Of a stretch of DNA of 64,000 nt, positions 8,568-18,251 are shown one piece after another. The notes under the pieces were generated by a model. That model was given only the letters and a program-made list of their open reading frames with translations, did not search any database and had not been told where the DNA came from. Every line of letters starts with the position of its first letter. Positions within the stretch are counted from its first letter, which is position 1. Origin of the DNA: Candidatus Hodarchaeota archaeon (lineage in GTDB: Archaea > Asgardarchaeota > Lokiarchaeia > Sigyniarchaeales > SOKP01); assembly GCA_048886685.1 (NCBI GenBank), contig JBHLKM010000006.1, positions 32,001 through 96,000 on the forward strand. The letters are read 5' to 3'. The position numbers and the translations under genes are program-made.

Positions 8568-10400
8568 TTAATCCCCTCCTAAGAGTTCATTTAATGATTT
8601 ATCAAAACGCTTAATGAAGATTTTTTGATATTCTTTTGAATTATGTAGTAAATACTCATGTGATCCTTGATTAACAATTTCTCCTTGGTTTAAAACTAGT
8701 ATTAAGTCCGCCCATCTAATCTGAGAAAGTCTATGTGTTATAATAAAGGTAGTTCTTCCCTTTAAAATCTTGAAAATCGCCTTCTGAATTCTTTCTTCAG
8801 TTTCTGAGTCTATTGCGGAGCTTGAATCATCTAAAATTAAAATTTTTGGTTCTGTAAGAAAAGCACGAGCAATCGCAACTCGTTGACGTTCTCCCCCACT
8901 TAGTTGTACACCTCTTTCTCCTACTTCTGTTTCATACATGTCTGGCAAATCTTTTATAAATTGGTGAGCCTGTGCTTCTCGAGCAACAGCTATTACTTGT
9001 TCCTCGGATGTTTCTCTTCCAAACGAGATGTTGTCAAAAAGTGAATCAGAAAAGATAAAAATATCTTGTTCAATGTAAGCGATTTGGTCGCGAAGAGATT
9101 GCAAAGAATAGTTTCTAATATCAATTCCATCTACTAAAATTCGACCGCTATCAACATCATAAAGGCGAGAAATCAATTTAGTAAGGGTAGTTTTACCGGA
9201 TCCGGTAGTTCCTACTATTGCCACAGTCTGTCCTTCTGAAACTTCAAAATTAATATTTTTTAATACATTATTTTGAGTACCGGGGTAAGAGAATGTAACA
9301 TCTTCAAATTTTATCGTCCCTCCTATTTCTTTAGATATCGCATCATCAGGATCATAAATTTCTGATTTCTTATTCATTATTTCTAATAGTCTGTCTGCAC
9401 CAACCATCGCTTCTTTTGCCATTAGAAATGACCTTATTGAAGCATTAACTGGAAATCGTAATCGTAATAATAATCCTACTAACCCAACAATATTACCAAT
9501 AGGCATTATCTCTCTATCATAAAATATACTTATTGTTAATCCTAGAGTAACGGTAACTGAAAGAAATAAGATTGGAAGATATTTTGCTTGTATATCTCCT
9601 TGTTCAATACCTGCATCTCGATAACTTAGAGCACTATCTTTATATTTTTCAACACTATCTTCTTCCTGAGCCATAGATTTTACCACTTCGATACCACTTA
9701 GAGATTCATTTAAAATAGTATTCATGAAACCAAAGGCAATTCTCCGGGCTATTGTTGGGGGTGCTAACTTCTGAAGAAATTTTCTCAGATAAAGAATGAA
9801 TATAACACTAAATGTGATTGGGATTAACATTAATTCAAGTCTATATTCGATCCCTATTAATAAAGTTGGCATAATTAGATTAATGGCTGCATCCAAAATC
9901 ATAGCTAACGCTGGTGATATTAAAAAATTTAGAAATCTTACATCGTTCGTTGCTCTTGCCATTATGTCTCCTATTCTTTGATTATCATGAAATGATTGGC
10001 TTTTACCTAATAAACTTAAATAAAATTCTCTGCGTACATCTCTCTCTATTCTTTGTGCAACGATTTCCCGAAACGTTCTTGCTAATAATCCCGCAAATGG
10101 AGTTCCCAATCCAATAAATAATACTAGAAATGTATAGCCAACTACTTGGTCAGAGGGGCCACCTGGCTTGAAAGCATCAATCGCCTTTCCGAATACAATA
10201 GAAATGTACGAACCAAAAAACGATGTTAAAATAATTAAAGTGAAAAATAAAGCCATTAAATATTTATTCGACTTATATAAAATATGCTTTATTACCCAAC
10301 GTCTTACTCCCTTGCGTCTAGCTTTTAAAAAGTCATCCTTTTCGAAGATAAACTCTGATCCATTTGTAAAACTTTGAGAATGGAAATTCTGATTTTTCAA
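8568..10400 (-). CDS. ABC exporter, fused permease/ATPase (MdlA-like), heterodimer subunit
   Basis: GTTGSGKT, LSGGERQR, ILDDSSSAID (degenerate Walker B typical of heterodimeric exporters). Confidence 0.92.
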   Translation of the reverse strand: MKNQNFHSQSFTNGSEFIFEKDDFLKARRKGVRRWVIKHILYKSNKYLMALFFTLIILTSFFGSYISIVFGKAIDAFKPGGPSDQVVGYTFLVLFIGLGTPFAGLLARTFREIVAQRIERDVRREFYLSLLGKSQSFHDNQRIGDIMARATNDVRFLNFLISPALAMILDAAINLIMPTLLIGIEYRLELMLIPITFSVIFILYLRKFLQKLAPPTIARRIAFGFMNTILNESLSGIEVVKSMAQEEDSVEKYKDSALSYRDAGIEQGDIQAKYLPILFLSVTVTLGLTISIFYDREIMPIGNIVGLVGLLLRLRFPVNASIRSFLMAKEAMVGADRLLEIMNKKSEIYDPDDAISKEIGGTIKFEDVTFSYPGTQNNVLKNINFEVSEGQTVAIVGTTGSGKTTLTKLISRLYDVDSGRILVDGIDIRNYSLQSLRDQIAYIEQDIFIFSDSLFDNISFGRETSEEQVIAVAREAQAHQFIKDLPDMYETEVGERGVQLSGGERQRVAIARAFLTEPKILILDDSSSAIDSETEERIQKAIFKILKGRTTFIITHRLSQIRWADLILVLNQGEIVNQGSHEYLLHNSKEYQKIFIKRFDKSLNELLGGD

Positions 10401-10593
10401 AAAGTAATATCCTCAGATAAACTAAATTTAAAACAAATTATAATAGGTAAAGAAAAGAAGAAAATAAGTTTTTCGATTAGCCAAAAAAGATTAGTCATTT
10501 GTTGAAGAATTAATATTTCGAATTCCGCAAGATTTAACATTGAATGTAACTCTTACATACATAATTTTTATTCGATATTTTGGAATTTAAATT

Positions 10594-11586
10594 ATGGTTT
10601 CTGTATTAATAACAGGGGGTACCGGCTTCATAGGAACAGCCCTGGTAAAAAGACTTCATGAATTAGGTCATAAGTTGAAATTGCTTGTTAGAGAGACAAG
10701 TGATATTACCCCCTTTGAAGGACTTAATAATGTTGAGTTTGTTATAGGCGATGTTCGAGATAAAGATAGTTTAAACGGTGTTGTAAATGGAGTTGAAACA
10801 ATCTATCATCTCGCAGCGTATACAGGGATATGGGCAAAGAATAAATCAATCTACTATGATATTAATGTCAAAGGAACTGAAAATATGTTAAATATTGCCC
10901 TCGAACAAGAAATTAAAATGTTTTACATAAGTTCTTTTACAGCTTTAGGACCAACTTCTTCAGAACCGGTTGATGAATCTTACGAAAATGAAAATTTTTG
11001 TATGGAATATGAAAGATCCAAATGTGAAGCGAAAAGGTTAGTAAAAGAATATATACCCAAAGGATTAAAAGTAACATCTTTTTATCCAGGAATAGTATAT
11101 GGTCCAGGAGACTTTAATATTTTTGGTCGAATGCTTTATGATATAATGAGGGGAAAAATTCTCCCCTTAGGTCTTTGTCCTGGTAAAGGAGAATCTATAG
11201 CATGTTTCTCATATTTAAATGATGTTGTTGACTGTTTAGTAAACGTAGTTAACAATGAAGAGCTATACGGAGAGGATTTTATTCTTGGGGGAGAAAATGT
11301 AAAATTTGTAGAATATCTTAATCTAATTGCTAAAATTGCTAGAGACAAAAAGGTTAAGAAAATTCCGATGTGGATTGCTAAAGTATACGCTTGGTTATTG
11401 GAAATTAAAGCAAGAATCACTAAAAAAACACCCTTCCTAACTCGGGATGCATTAAATGCGATAAAATATCATCGGTCTTATTCATCAGAAAAAGCTGTTA
11501 AAAAATTAAACTATAAAATCACGCCCTTAAGGGAAGGATTGGAAGAAACTATAAATTGGTATAAGAATTATTCAGAATCCAATTAA
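10594..11586 (+). CDS. Extended SDR, NAD-dependent epimerase/dehydratase (HpnA/3-beta-HSD-like)
   Basis: ITGGTGFIG, HLAA, YERSK (YxxxK), VYGPGD. Confidence 0.88.
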   Translation: MVSVLITGGTGFIGTALVKRLHELGHKLKLLVRETSDITPFEGLNNVEFVIGDVRDKDSLNGVVNGVETIYHLAAYTGIWAKNKSIYYDINVKGTENMLNIALEQEIKMFYISSFTALGPTSSEPVDESYENENFCMEYERSKCEAKRLVKEYIPKGLKVTSFYPGIVYGPGDFNIFGRMLYDIMRGKILPLGLCPGKGESIACFSYLNDVVDCLVNVVNNEELYGEDFILGGENVKFVEYLNLIAKIARDKKVKKIPMWIAKVYAWLLEIKARITKKTPFLTRDALNAIKYHRSYSSEKAVKKLNYKITPLREGLEETINWYKNYSESN

Positions 11587-11598
11587 ATCAAAAAAAAA

Positions 11599-13107
11599 TT
11601 GGTAATAATGAAGTTAGATATTTTAGATAAGTATACTGGAGAATTAATAGATTCTCTTGAAGCAGACACAGAGGAAACAATAAAAGAAAAGATAAAAAGG
11701 ACATCTCAATGGGAATATAAACTCTTAAACACGTCTCTCGATGAAAGGCTTGATACCATAAAAGATATAGCCAATGTTTTACTTAAAGACAAGGAAAAAA
11801 TCAAAGAAATTATAGTTAGAGAAGGAGGTCTTCCCATTAAATATTCTGAATGGGAATTCCAAATGATAACAAAGGCATATAACAATATTGATTGGTTGCT
11901 TGAAAGTGGAGTATTTCCTCTTAATGATGAAATAATTCCAGATCTTGATCGAAATAAAACATCTGTAATAAAAAAGCAACCAATGGGATTAACCATTGGA
12001 ATAACACCTCGGAACACTCCCATGAGTTTACCTATGTACTTTTGGGGAGCAAGTTTTTTAACTGGAAATCCTGCAATAATAAAACCCTCTACAGCATGTC
12101 CTTTAACGATGAAATATTGCATAGACCGAATTAATGAAAGCGATTTTCCTTTTAATGATGCTTATGATCTAGTCATAAGTCCGGGTGATTTTGCTACAAG
12201 AGTATTTATTGAATCAAATTTAGTTAAAAACATCGTTTGTGTAGCAGCTTCACACACAGCAAAGCAAATTTTAATAGATTACTCAGATTTCTTAAAAAAA
12301 AATATTCAAAAATATCTAGGCGTTAATATGATAACTCAACCTTTTAAAAATTTCGTATTCGAATGCGCAGGCAATGATGCTGGAATTGTTATGCCTGGTG
12401 TCAATTTAGAGTTAGTAGCTAAATGGAATATTATCGCTTCCTATACAAATTCAGGACAACAATGCTTTTCTATGAAAAGAATAATAGTTCATGAGGATAT
12501 CTATGATGAGTACATTGAATTACTGCAAAAAGAGATAGAAAAATTGAAGATGGGTGATCCCCGAGACCCTGAAACTGACTTGGGACCTCTCGGATCGCGT
12601 CGAATTTTGATGATGATGGAACTAATGGTTAATGAAGCCCAAGAACATAAAGGAGTAAAAATATTATGTGGGGCTGAAAAGATTGATACAGGAAAAAGTT
12701 ATGGTCTCTTTTACAAACCAACATTGGTTGAAATTCCAAGAGAAAACATCCTTGATTTTAATAAAGCCCCCTTCTTATGGCGTGAAGAAGCTTTTGGGCC
12801 TGTCAGGAGTATTACAAAAGCCAATAGTCTCGAAGATACAATTTTTCTTGCGAATCATTCCAATTATGGTATGAGAGCTGTTGTATATACCCCTCCTGAG
12901 CATATAGAAAAATTTTCTAGAGAATTACAAGCAGGGAGTTTATATATAAATTCAGAACCTATGCAAGCTACTATTAGTACAGCATTAGGAGGGTGGAAAG
13001 ATAGTTCATATCCTCCCGGAATAAAATATTACCCTCAAGAAATGGTTCAAACCAAGATTATATATAATAGTTCAACCAATATGGCAAAGAAACTCTTTAA
13101 TTCTTAG
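11599..13107 (+). CDS. Aldehyde dehydrogenase family protein
   Basis: GITPRNTP, IIKPS, FECAGND (catalytic Glu), NSGQQC (catalytic Cys), EEAFGPV. Confidence 0.88.
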   Translation: MVIMKLDILDKYTGELIDSLEADTEETIKEKIKRTSQWEYKLLNTSLDERLDTIKDIANVLLKDKEKIKEIIVREGGLPIKYSEWEFQMITKAYNNIDWLLESGVFPLNDEIIPDLDRNKTSVIKKQPMGLTIGITPRNTPMSLPMYFWGASFLTGNPAIIKPSTACPLTMKYCIDRINESDFPFNDAYDLVISPGDFATRVFIESNLVKNIVCVAASHTAKQILIDYSDFLKKNIQKYLGVNMITQPFKNFVFECAGNDAGIVMPGVNLELVAKWNIIASYTNSGQQCFSMKRIIVHEDIYDEYIELLQKEIEKLKMGDPRDPETDLGPLGSRRILMMMELMVNEAQEHKGVKILCGAEKIDTGKSYGLFYKPTLVEIPRENILDFNKAPFLWREEAFGPVRSITKANSLEDTIFLANHSNYGMRAVVYTPPEHIEKFSRELQAGSLYINSEPMQATISTALGGWKDSSYPPGIKYYPQEMVQTKIIYNSSTNMAKKLFNS

Positions 13108-13853
13108 ATCAACTTAGTTAACTCCCTTAAATTTTCAATTATTTTAACATTCTTGGAGGCTATATCTAAGATCTTCTCATTTATTAATGATTTCTCAGTG
13201 CTATAATCATACAATAATTCATCTTCAGGATTTATTATACGTCGAATTAAAATAGGATGTATTTTTGCATTCATCGCTGCTGTCATATCATCTTTCGTAT
13301 CTCCAACATAACAAACTTCATAAGGTTTTAAATTAGTTTGTTCGAGAGCAAATGAGAAGATCAATGGATCTGGTTTTTTAATACCAACTTCACTAGAAAT
13401 TATGATGGAATCGAAAAAATGTTTAAGTTTAAGGCTAGATAATATGGAATAAATATGAGGAGGGTGATCAAAATTGGATACTAATGCAAGAGTTTTACTC
13501 TTTTTTAGAGTGTTTAACATAGGGATTGCATCTGGATCTAATGGCACGTATTTTTGCCAAGCATTTACAGCATCATTTGCAATTCTTCTTATTTCTTCAA
13601 GTTCTATTTCTAAATTTAATTCAATACTAAAAGTATAAATTCTTTGTTCAAAAATAGTTAAATTTAGTTTATTATAATTTGGTATAGGTTTTTTCATAAA
13701 ACCATTACATTTCATAGCGAAAGATTTTTTTATTTCATTCAAACCAAACTTCTTGAAGTTTTCATACAGAACTAACAACCAATCTTCCCAGGCTTTCCGG
13801 CTATTAGTGTATATCAATAAAGTGCCAAAAAGATCGAAAAAAATCCCTCGCAT
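13104..13853 (-). CDS. HAD-superfamily hydrolase
   Basis: FFDLFGTL, LVSN, KKPDP, YVGDT..D. Confidence 0.85.
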   Translation of the reverse strand: MRGIFFDLFGTLLIYTNSRKAWEDWLLVLYENFKKFGLNEIKKSFAMKCNGFMKKPIPNYNKLNLTIFEQRIYTFSIELNLEIELEEIRRIANDAVNAWQKYVPLDPDAIPMLNTLKKSKTLALVSNFDHPPHIYSILSSLKLKHFFDSIIISSEVGIKKPDPLIFSFALEQTNLKPYEVCYVGDTKDDMTAAMNAKIHPILIRRIINPEDELLYDYSTEKSLINEKILDIASKNVKIIENLRELTKLI

Positions 13854-13960
13854 GACAAAAGTGTCTTTATTGTGTTAATTAGAATATTTTCATAAACAAA
13901 GCAAGATTTATATTTTTTCTCAACTGATTTAGATCTAATAAAAATAAAGTGTAGAAAACA

Positions 13961-15391
13961 ATGAATAAAGAAGATATTTGCTATATGCCTGCTTATGTAA
14001 TGATAGAAAGAATTAAAACACAAGAATTAACCTCCCTTGAAATCACCGAAACAATAATCGAAAGAATCGAAAAGATTAACCCAATATTGAATGCATATTG
14101 TACAACAACATTCGATCTTGCAAGAGAAATGGCAGAAAAAGCTGATGATTCAGTAAAAAAAGGTAAGAAATTAGGATTACTAAATGGAATCCCTACCTCA
14201 ATTAAAGATTTAATGCAGACTAAGGGCATTCTAACAACATATGGTTCGAAATTATATGAAAATTTCATACCTGAACAAAACGATGTTACAGTCCAAAGGT
14301 TGATAGATTCTGGATGTGTTATGCTTGGTAAGACAAATACACCTGAATTTGGTCATATCGCATTAACTAACAATAAACTCTTTGGAGAAACAAAAAACCC
14401 ATGGAATATAGAGATGAACTCAGGAGGTTCTAGTGGAGGTGCTGCTTCATCTGTTGCTGCTGGCTTAGGACCCCTAGCTTTGGGTTCTGATGGTGGAGGT
14501 TCAATAAGAGTTCCCAGTAGCTGCTGTGGTGTCTACGGGTTAAAACCTACTTTTGGGCGCATTCCAAGTCATCCCCGTATTGGTATAAATTTTCTAACGA
14601 TGGATCACTATGGACCCATTGTCCGTTATGTAAAAGATGCTGCTTTAATGCTGAATGCCATGAAGGGATATCATCCCGGGGATCCTAATTCATTCCCAGA
14701 TGATGATATTGATTATTTTGAAATCTTAAATGAAAAACCTAGAAATTTGAAAATAGGTTATTCAACCACATTAGGATTCGGAAAAATACTAGATGAAGAA
14801 ATCAAAAATAATGTTCTCGATCAAGTTCATATGTTTGAACAATTTGAATGGGAAGTAGAAGAAGCAAACATTAAAATAAGAAATCCTGAATCAGCGTTTA
14901 AAACCCAGGTTAGCGTAGGTTATGCATATGACTTTCAAAAAGACTTTAAGAATAGACTTGAGGATCTCAGCCCAGATTTAATTGCTACTATAAAATTAGG
15001 GTTAGATAATAGCGCTATGAATTTTGGAAAAGCAAGAGAAAAAAGAAAACAACTGAATGATATACTATCCCGATTTTTTATGGAATATGATCTTCTGGTT
15101 ACTCCAACTATTCCATGTCCTGCTTTTAAGCCAGGATGGTTAGATACAGGGACAACTTTTCCAACAATAGGTAAAAAAACTTTGAGTATTATGACTTGGA
15201 TGACATTCACATACCCATTTAACATGGCTGGTCTACCTGCTGCCTCAATCCCATCAGGTTGGACTAAATCTGGATTACCAATTGGAATGCAGATTGTCGG
15301 TAAGCGTTATAACGATAAAACAGTTCTTCAAGCTTCGAATGCTTTTGAAGAAATAGCACCTTGGCAAGATAAAAGACCAAAATTAAATTGA
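13961..15391 (+). CDS. Amidase signature family protein
   Basis: IKD, GKTNTPEF, GGSSGGAA, GSDGGGSIRVP. Confidence 0.92.
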   Translation: MNKEDICYMPAYVMIERIKTQELTSLEITETIIERIEKINPILNAYCTTTFDLAREMAEKADDSVKKGKKLGLLNGIPTSIKDLMQTKGILTTYGSKLYENFIPEQNDVTVQRLIDSGCVMLGKTNTPEFGHIALTNNKLFGETKNPWNIEMNSGGSSGGAASSVAAGLGPLALGSDGGGSIRVPSSCCGVYGLKPTFGRIPSHPRIGINFLTMDHYGPIVRYVKDAALMLNAMKGYHPGDPNSFPDDDIDYFEILNEKPRNLKIGYSTTLGFGKILDEEIKNNVLDQVHMFEQFEWEVEEANIKIRNPESAFKTQVSVGYAYDFQKDFKNRLEDLSPDLIATIKLGLDNSAMNFGKAREKRKQLNDILSRFFMEYDLLVTPTIPCPAFKPGWLDTGTTFPTIGKKTLSIMTWMTFTYPFNMAGLPAASIPSGWTKSGLPIGMQIVGKRYNDKTVLQASNAFEEIAPWQDKRPKLN

Positions 15392-15430
15392 ATTCAAATT
15401 TATTAACTTAATTTCTTTTTTTTAAAGAGC

Positions 15431-16519
15431 TTATAACTTGGAAGTAGTAATAAATGAAGAATCTCCAATGGTAATGCTTTTTTTAATTAAATCTTCTAAA
15501 ATAGAATAATCACCAATAATACTCTCTGAAGAAATAATTTTTCTTAAGTTAGCACCATCACCAATAACACAATCTGATAAGATACATTTTTTCAAAATTA
15601 CATTATCTCCAATTGATACATTGGGACCGATAACTGAATCTGATAATTTTGTGCCTTTTCCAATGAATACAGGAGGGACAATTTTAGTATCAATTATACT
15701 TCCAGATTGTATTAGTTTTTCATATATTGGATCATGTATTTTTATCTCGGAAAGTAAAAGTCTATTTCCTGCTAATAGACTTTCCGGCCTTCCAAAATCT
15801 AATATCTCTCTTTTCATTTCATTGATCTTAAATTTAAATCCCTCTTCAATGAGTTGTTGAATAATTGGTGTAATTGTATGTTCTTGACCATTTTCTAAAG
15901 GAATTTTGCTTTGGGTCTCTAATAATTCAAATAATCGTGGAGTGCAACTTATTCCAAAAAGATAAGCTCCAGATACGGCATAATTAGATTTAGGCTTTTT
16001 GGGTTTTTCAACAATATTTCTAACAATCCCACTTTTATCTGATTCAATAACACCGTAATACTCGGGATTATCCACTTGTCTCACATTTATTATTCCATCA
16101 CATATATCTTGATGAAAATTTAATAAGATTTGAGAATAATCTTCCATAGGTAGCCGATCACTAAGAAATATGAAGCAGTCATCATTTTTTGCGAAATCTC
16201 TTGCTAATAATATTGCATCCCCAAGACCACTAAAGAAGGGTGCATCTGCCTCATATCCAAGAGGTTTTTGTTCAATAAAATGGAGATTGAAATAATCTGA
16301 ATGTATTTTTTTAAGGTATTCTGTTATTAGTCTTTTTTTATATCCAACAATAAAACAAATATCAGTTCCTTCTGGAAAAGAATTCTTCAACTTAATTAGT
16401 ATATGATCAATTAACCGTTTCCCTGCTATTTTAAGAAAAGCCTTAGGTTTAGAATAAGTAAATGGCTGCAATCTTTTTCCTACGCCAGCGATAGGGCAAA
16501 TTAGCCACATATATTTCAA
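15431..16519 (-). CDS. Sugar-phosphate nucleotidyltransferase, long form with C-terminal beta-helix (glucose-1-P thymidylyltransferase-like)
   Basis: AGVGKRLQPFTYSKPK, VEKP, DFGRPE, hexapeptide repeats (VIGPNVSIGDN). Confidence 0.85.
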   Translation of the reverse strand: MKYMWLICPIAGVGKRLQPFTYSKPKAFLKIAGKRLIDHILIKLKNSFPEGTDICFIVGYKKRLITEYLKKIHSDYFNLHFIEQKPLGYEADAPFFSGLGDAILLARDFAKNDDCFIFLSDRLPMEDYSQILLNFHQDICDGIINVRQVDNPEYYGVIESDKSGIVRNIVEKPKKPKSNYAVSGAYLFGISCTPRLFELLETQSKIPLENGQEHTITPIIQQLIEEGFKFKINEMKREILDFGRPESLLAGNRLLLSEIKIHDPIYEKLIQSGSIIDTKIVPPVFIGKGTKLSDSVIGPNVSIGDNVILKKCILSDCVIGDGANLRKIISSESIIGDYSILEDLIKKSITIGDSSFITTSKL

Positions 16520-16592
16520 AAAGGTGTAATTAATAATATAAAAAATATAAAAATGTATGAAATTTAAACTATTTTGAATTTTACTTGAAGGT

Positions 16593-17138
16593 TTAAAATA
16601 AGTTTAATATTTTATCCAAAATCTCATAATATTTTGATTCAATTAACCTCTCTTTGATATTGCCTTTTAATTTTCTTAAATAATAATTGTCTGAATTAGT
16701 TCTTGTTGTTCCATGTATTTTTTTATTAAGGGCAATACGAATTTTTTCATCTAAAAATTTTGGGGGAATTTTTTTGTATTCTTCCATTAAACTCTTCTTA
16801 TCACTAATATTAATAGATTTAGCTCTAAGTTCAGCTTCATATTCAATACTTGAATACAAATTTGTTATCCAAGTTTCAATTTTTTCAATGTCACCTTTTA
16901 AATATGTTCTCTGGTTAAGCCATTCTTTGAATTCAATGACTTTTTGTAAGAATTTATCACTTTCCAATGCTTCTGTTGATTTTTGATCCCCCTTCTCACC
17001 AATACTACGAATTTTTTTTTTCTTAAGTTCTTTAACTTCATCCTCAGAAAGGCTTTTATAAGCTTTTTCTCTTCTCAATTTTTCTTCTTTTGAATCTTTC
17101 GTAGAGAGCCATTTATCAATTGACATTGCTTTTCTCAT
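16593..17138 (-). CDS. Hypothetical basic helical protein
   Basis: 181-aa Lys/Glu-rich ORF filling the gap between neighbours. Confidence 0.6.
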   Translation of the reverse strand: MRKAMSIDKWLSTKDSKEEKLRREKAYKSLSEDEVKELKKKKIRSIGEKGDQKSTEALESDKFLQKVIEFKEWLNQRTYLKGDIEKIETWITNLYSSIEYEAELRAKSINISDKKSLMEEYKKIPPKFLDEKIRIALNKKIHGTTRTNSDNYYLRKLKGNIKERLIESKYYEILDKILNLF

Positions 17139-17265
17139 TACTATTTAATCTCATAGTTAATAATTTGTTTTTTATTAAGTATTTAACAGAAACGAAAGGT
17201 ACAACATTTACAATTTAATTCAGATAAATTAAAATTGAGATTCGATTTTTAATATAATTAACATA

Positions 17266-18036
17266 ATGTCGATTAAAGGAATTATTTTTGACTTTGGTTT
17301 TACATTATTTTATTTTGACAATCCCTCTGTGGAACGATATATTGAATGTTTTAAAAATGGCTTATTGAAATCCATTGAATTGTTGAAAGAAAAGCAAGTT
17401 TGGAATTATAAAATATCAGATGAATTGTTTGTAAAGGAATTTTCTAAGAAACGAGAACAATACTGGAGAGAGAGTAGAAAAACTAAGAAAGAATTTCCAA
17501 CTGCCTTAATTTATAAAGAGGTGCTAGAATCGCTACAAGAAGAGAATTTGGTTAATAAAATTGATCACCTACATGAAGATACATATCATACATTAGCTGA
17601 AATTTATCATTCTTTTGAGCAAGAAGAATGGAAGCCCTTTCCTAATACGAGAGAAACATTAGAAATATTGTCAAAATATGAAGATATTAAGCTAGCAGTT
17701 TTATCTAATCATCCCAGCCATACAATGGTTGAAAATTCATTAAAAGAATATGATCTTTTTACATACTTCGATGCTGTTGTAACTTCTGCTGAATTTGGGA
17801 AAAGAAAACCTGATCCAGAGATCTTTTTTTATACCCTCGAAAAAATGGGGTTGACAGTAAATAATGAATGTCTTGTATGTGGAGATGAATATGCTGATGT
17901 TGTAGGGGCTGATAGAGCAGGTATGCAAACCATTCTCTGCGAAAGAAAATATAAATTTCCTTTTGAAAGAGAGCTAGACATACCAGAATTAATAAGAATT
18001 GGTAATATTTCTGAAATTTTAGATTATTTGGACTGA
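17266..18036 (+). CDS. HAD-superfamily hydrolase
   Basis: IFDFGFTL, LSN, RKPDP, GDEYADV. Confidence 0.85.
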   Translation: MSIKGIIFDFGFTLFYFDNPSVERYIECFKNGLLKSIELLKEKQVWNYKISDELFVKEFSKKREQYWRESRKTKKEFPTALIYKEVLESLQEENLVNKIDHLHEDTYHTLAEIYHSFEQEEWKPFPNTRETLEILSKYEDIKLAVLSNHPSHTMVENSLKEYDLFTYFDAVVTSAEFGKRKPDPEIFFYTLEKMGLTVNNECLVCGDEYADVVGADRAGMQTILCERKYKFPFERELDIPELIRIGNISEILDYLD

Positions 18037-18050
18037 TAAACAAGTTAGAA

Positions 18051-18125
18051 TGGTCCGGGGGGGATTTGAACCCTCGATATCTGGCTCCGCAAGCCAGCGC
18101 CCTATCCAAGCTGGACTACCGGACC
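18051..18125 (-). tRNA. tRNA-Arg(GCG)
   Basis: Reverse complement folds as a cloverleaf: acceptor GGTCCGG/CCGGACC-A, anticodon arm CTGGC-TTGCGGA-GCCAG, T loop GTTCAAATC. Confidence 0.95.
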
Positions 18126-18251
18126 ATATTAAGGATCTATTTATAATTCTTAATTATTAATAATTCTCTATAATACTTATTTAATCGTTCTTTATAGTTA
18201 AATATACAAAAAATTAGAATTAATATTGTTTTTTCTAAAATATAAGTTCTC

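Noticed and set aside
13961-15391. Amidase as GatA partnering GluRS
   Set aside because: It lacks recognisable GatA-specific segments and no gatB/gatC is adjacent; it looks like a general amidase.
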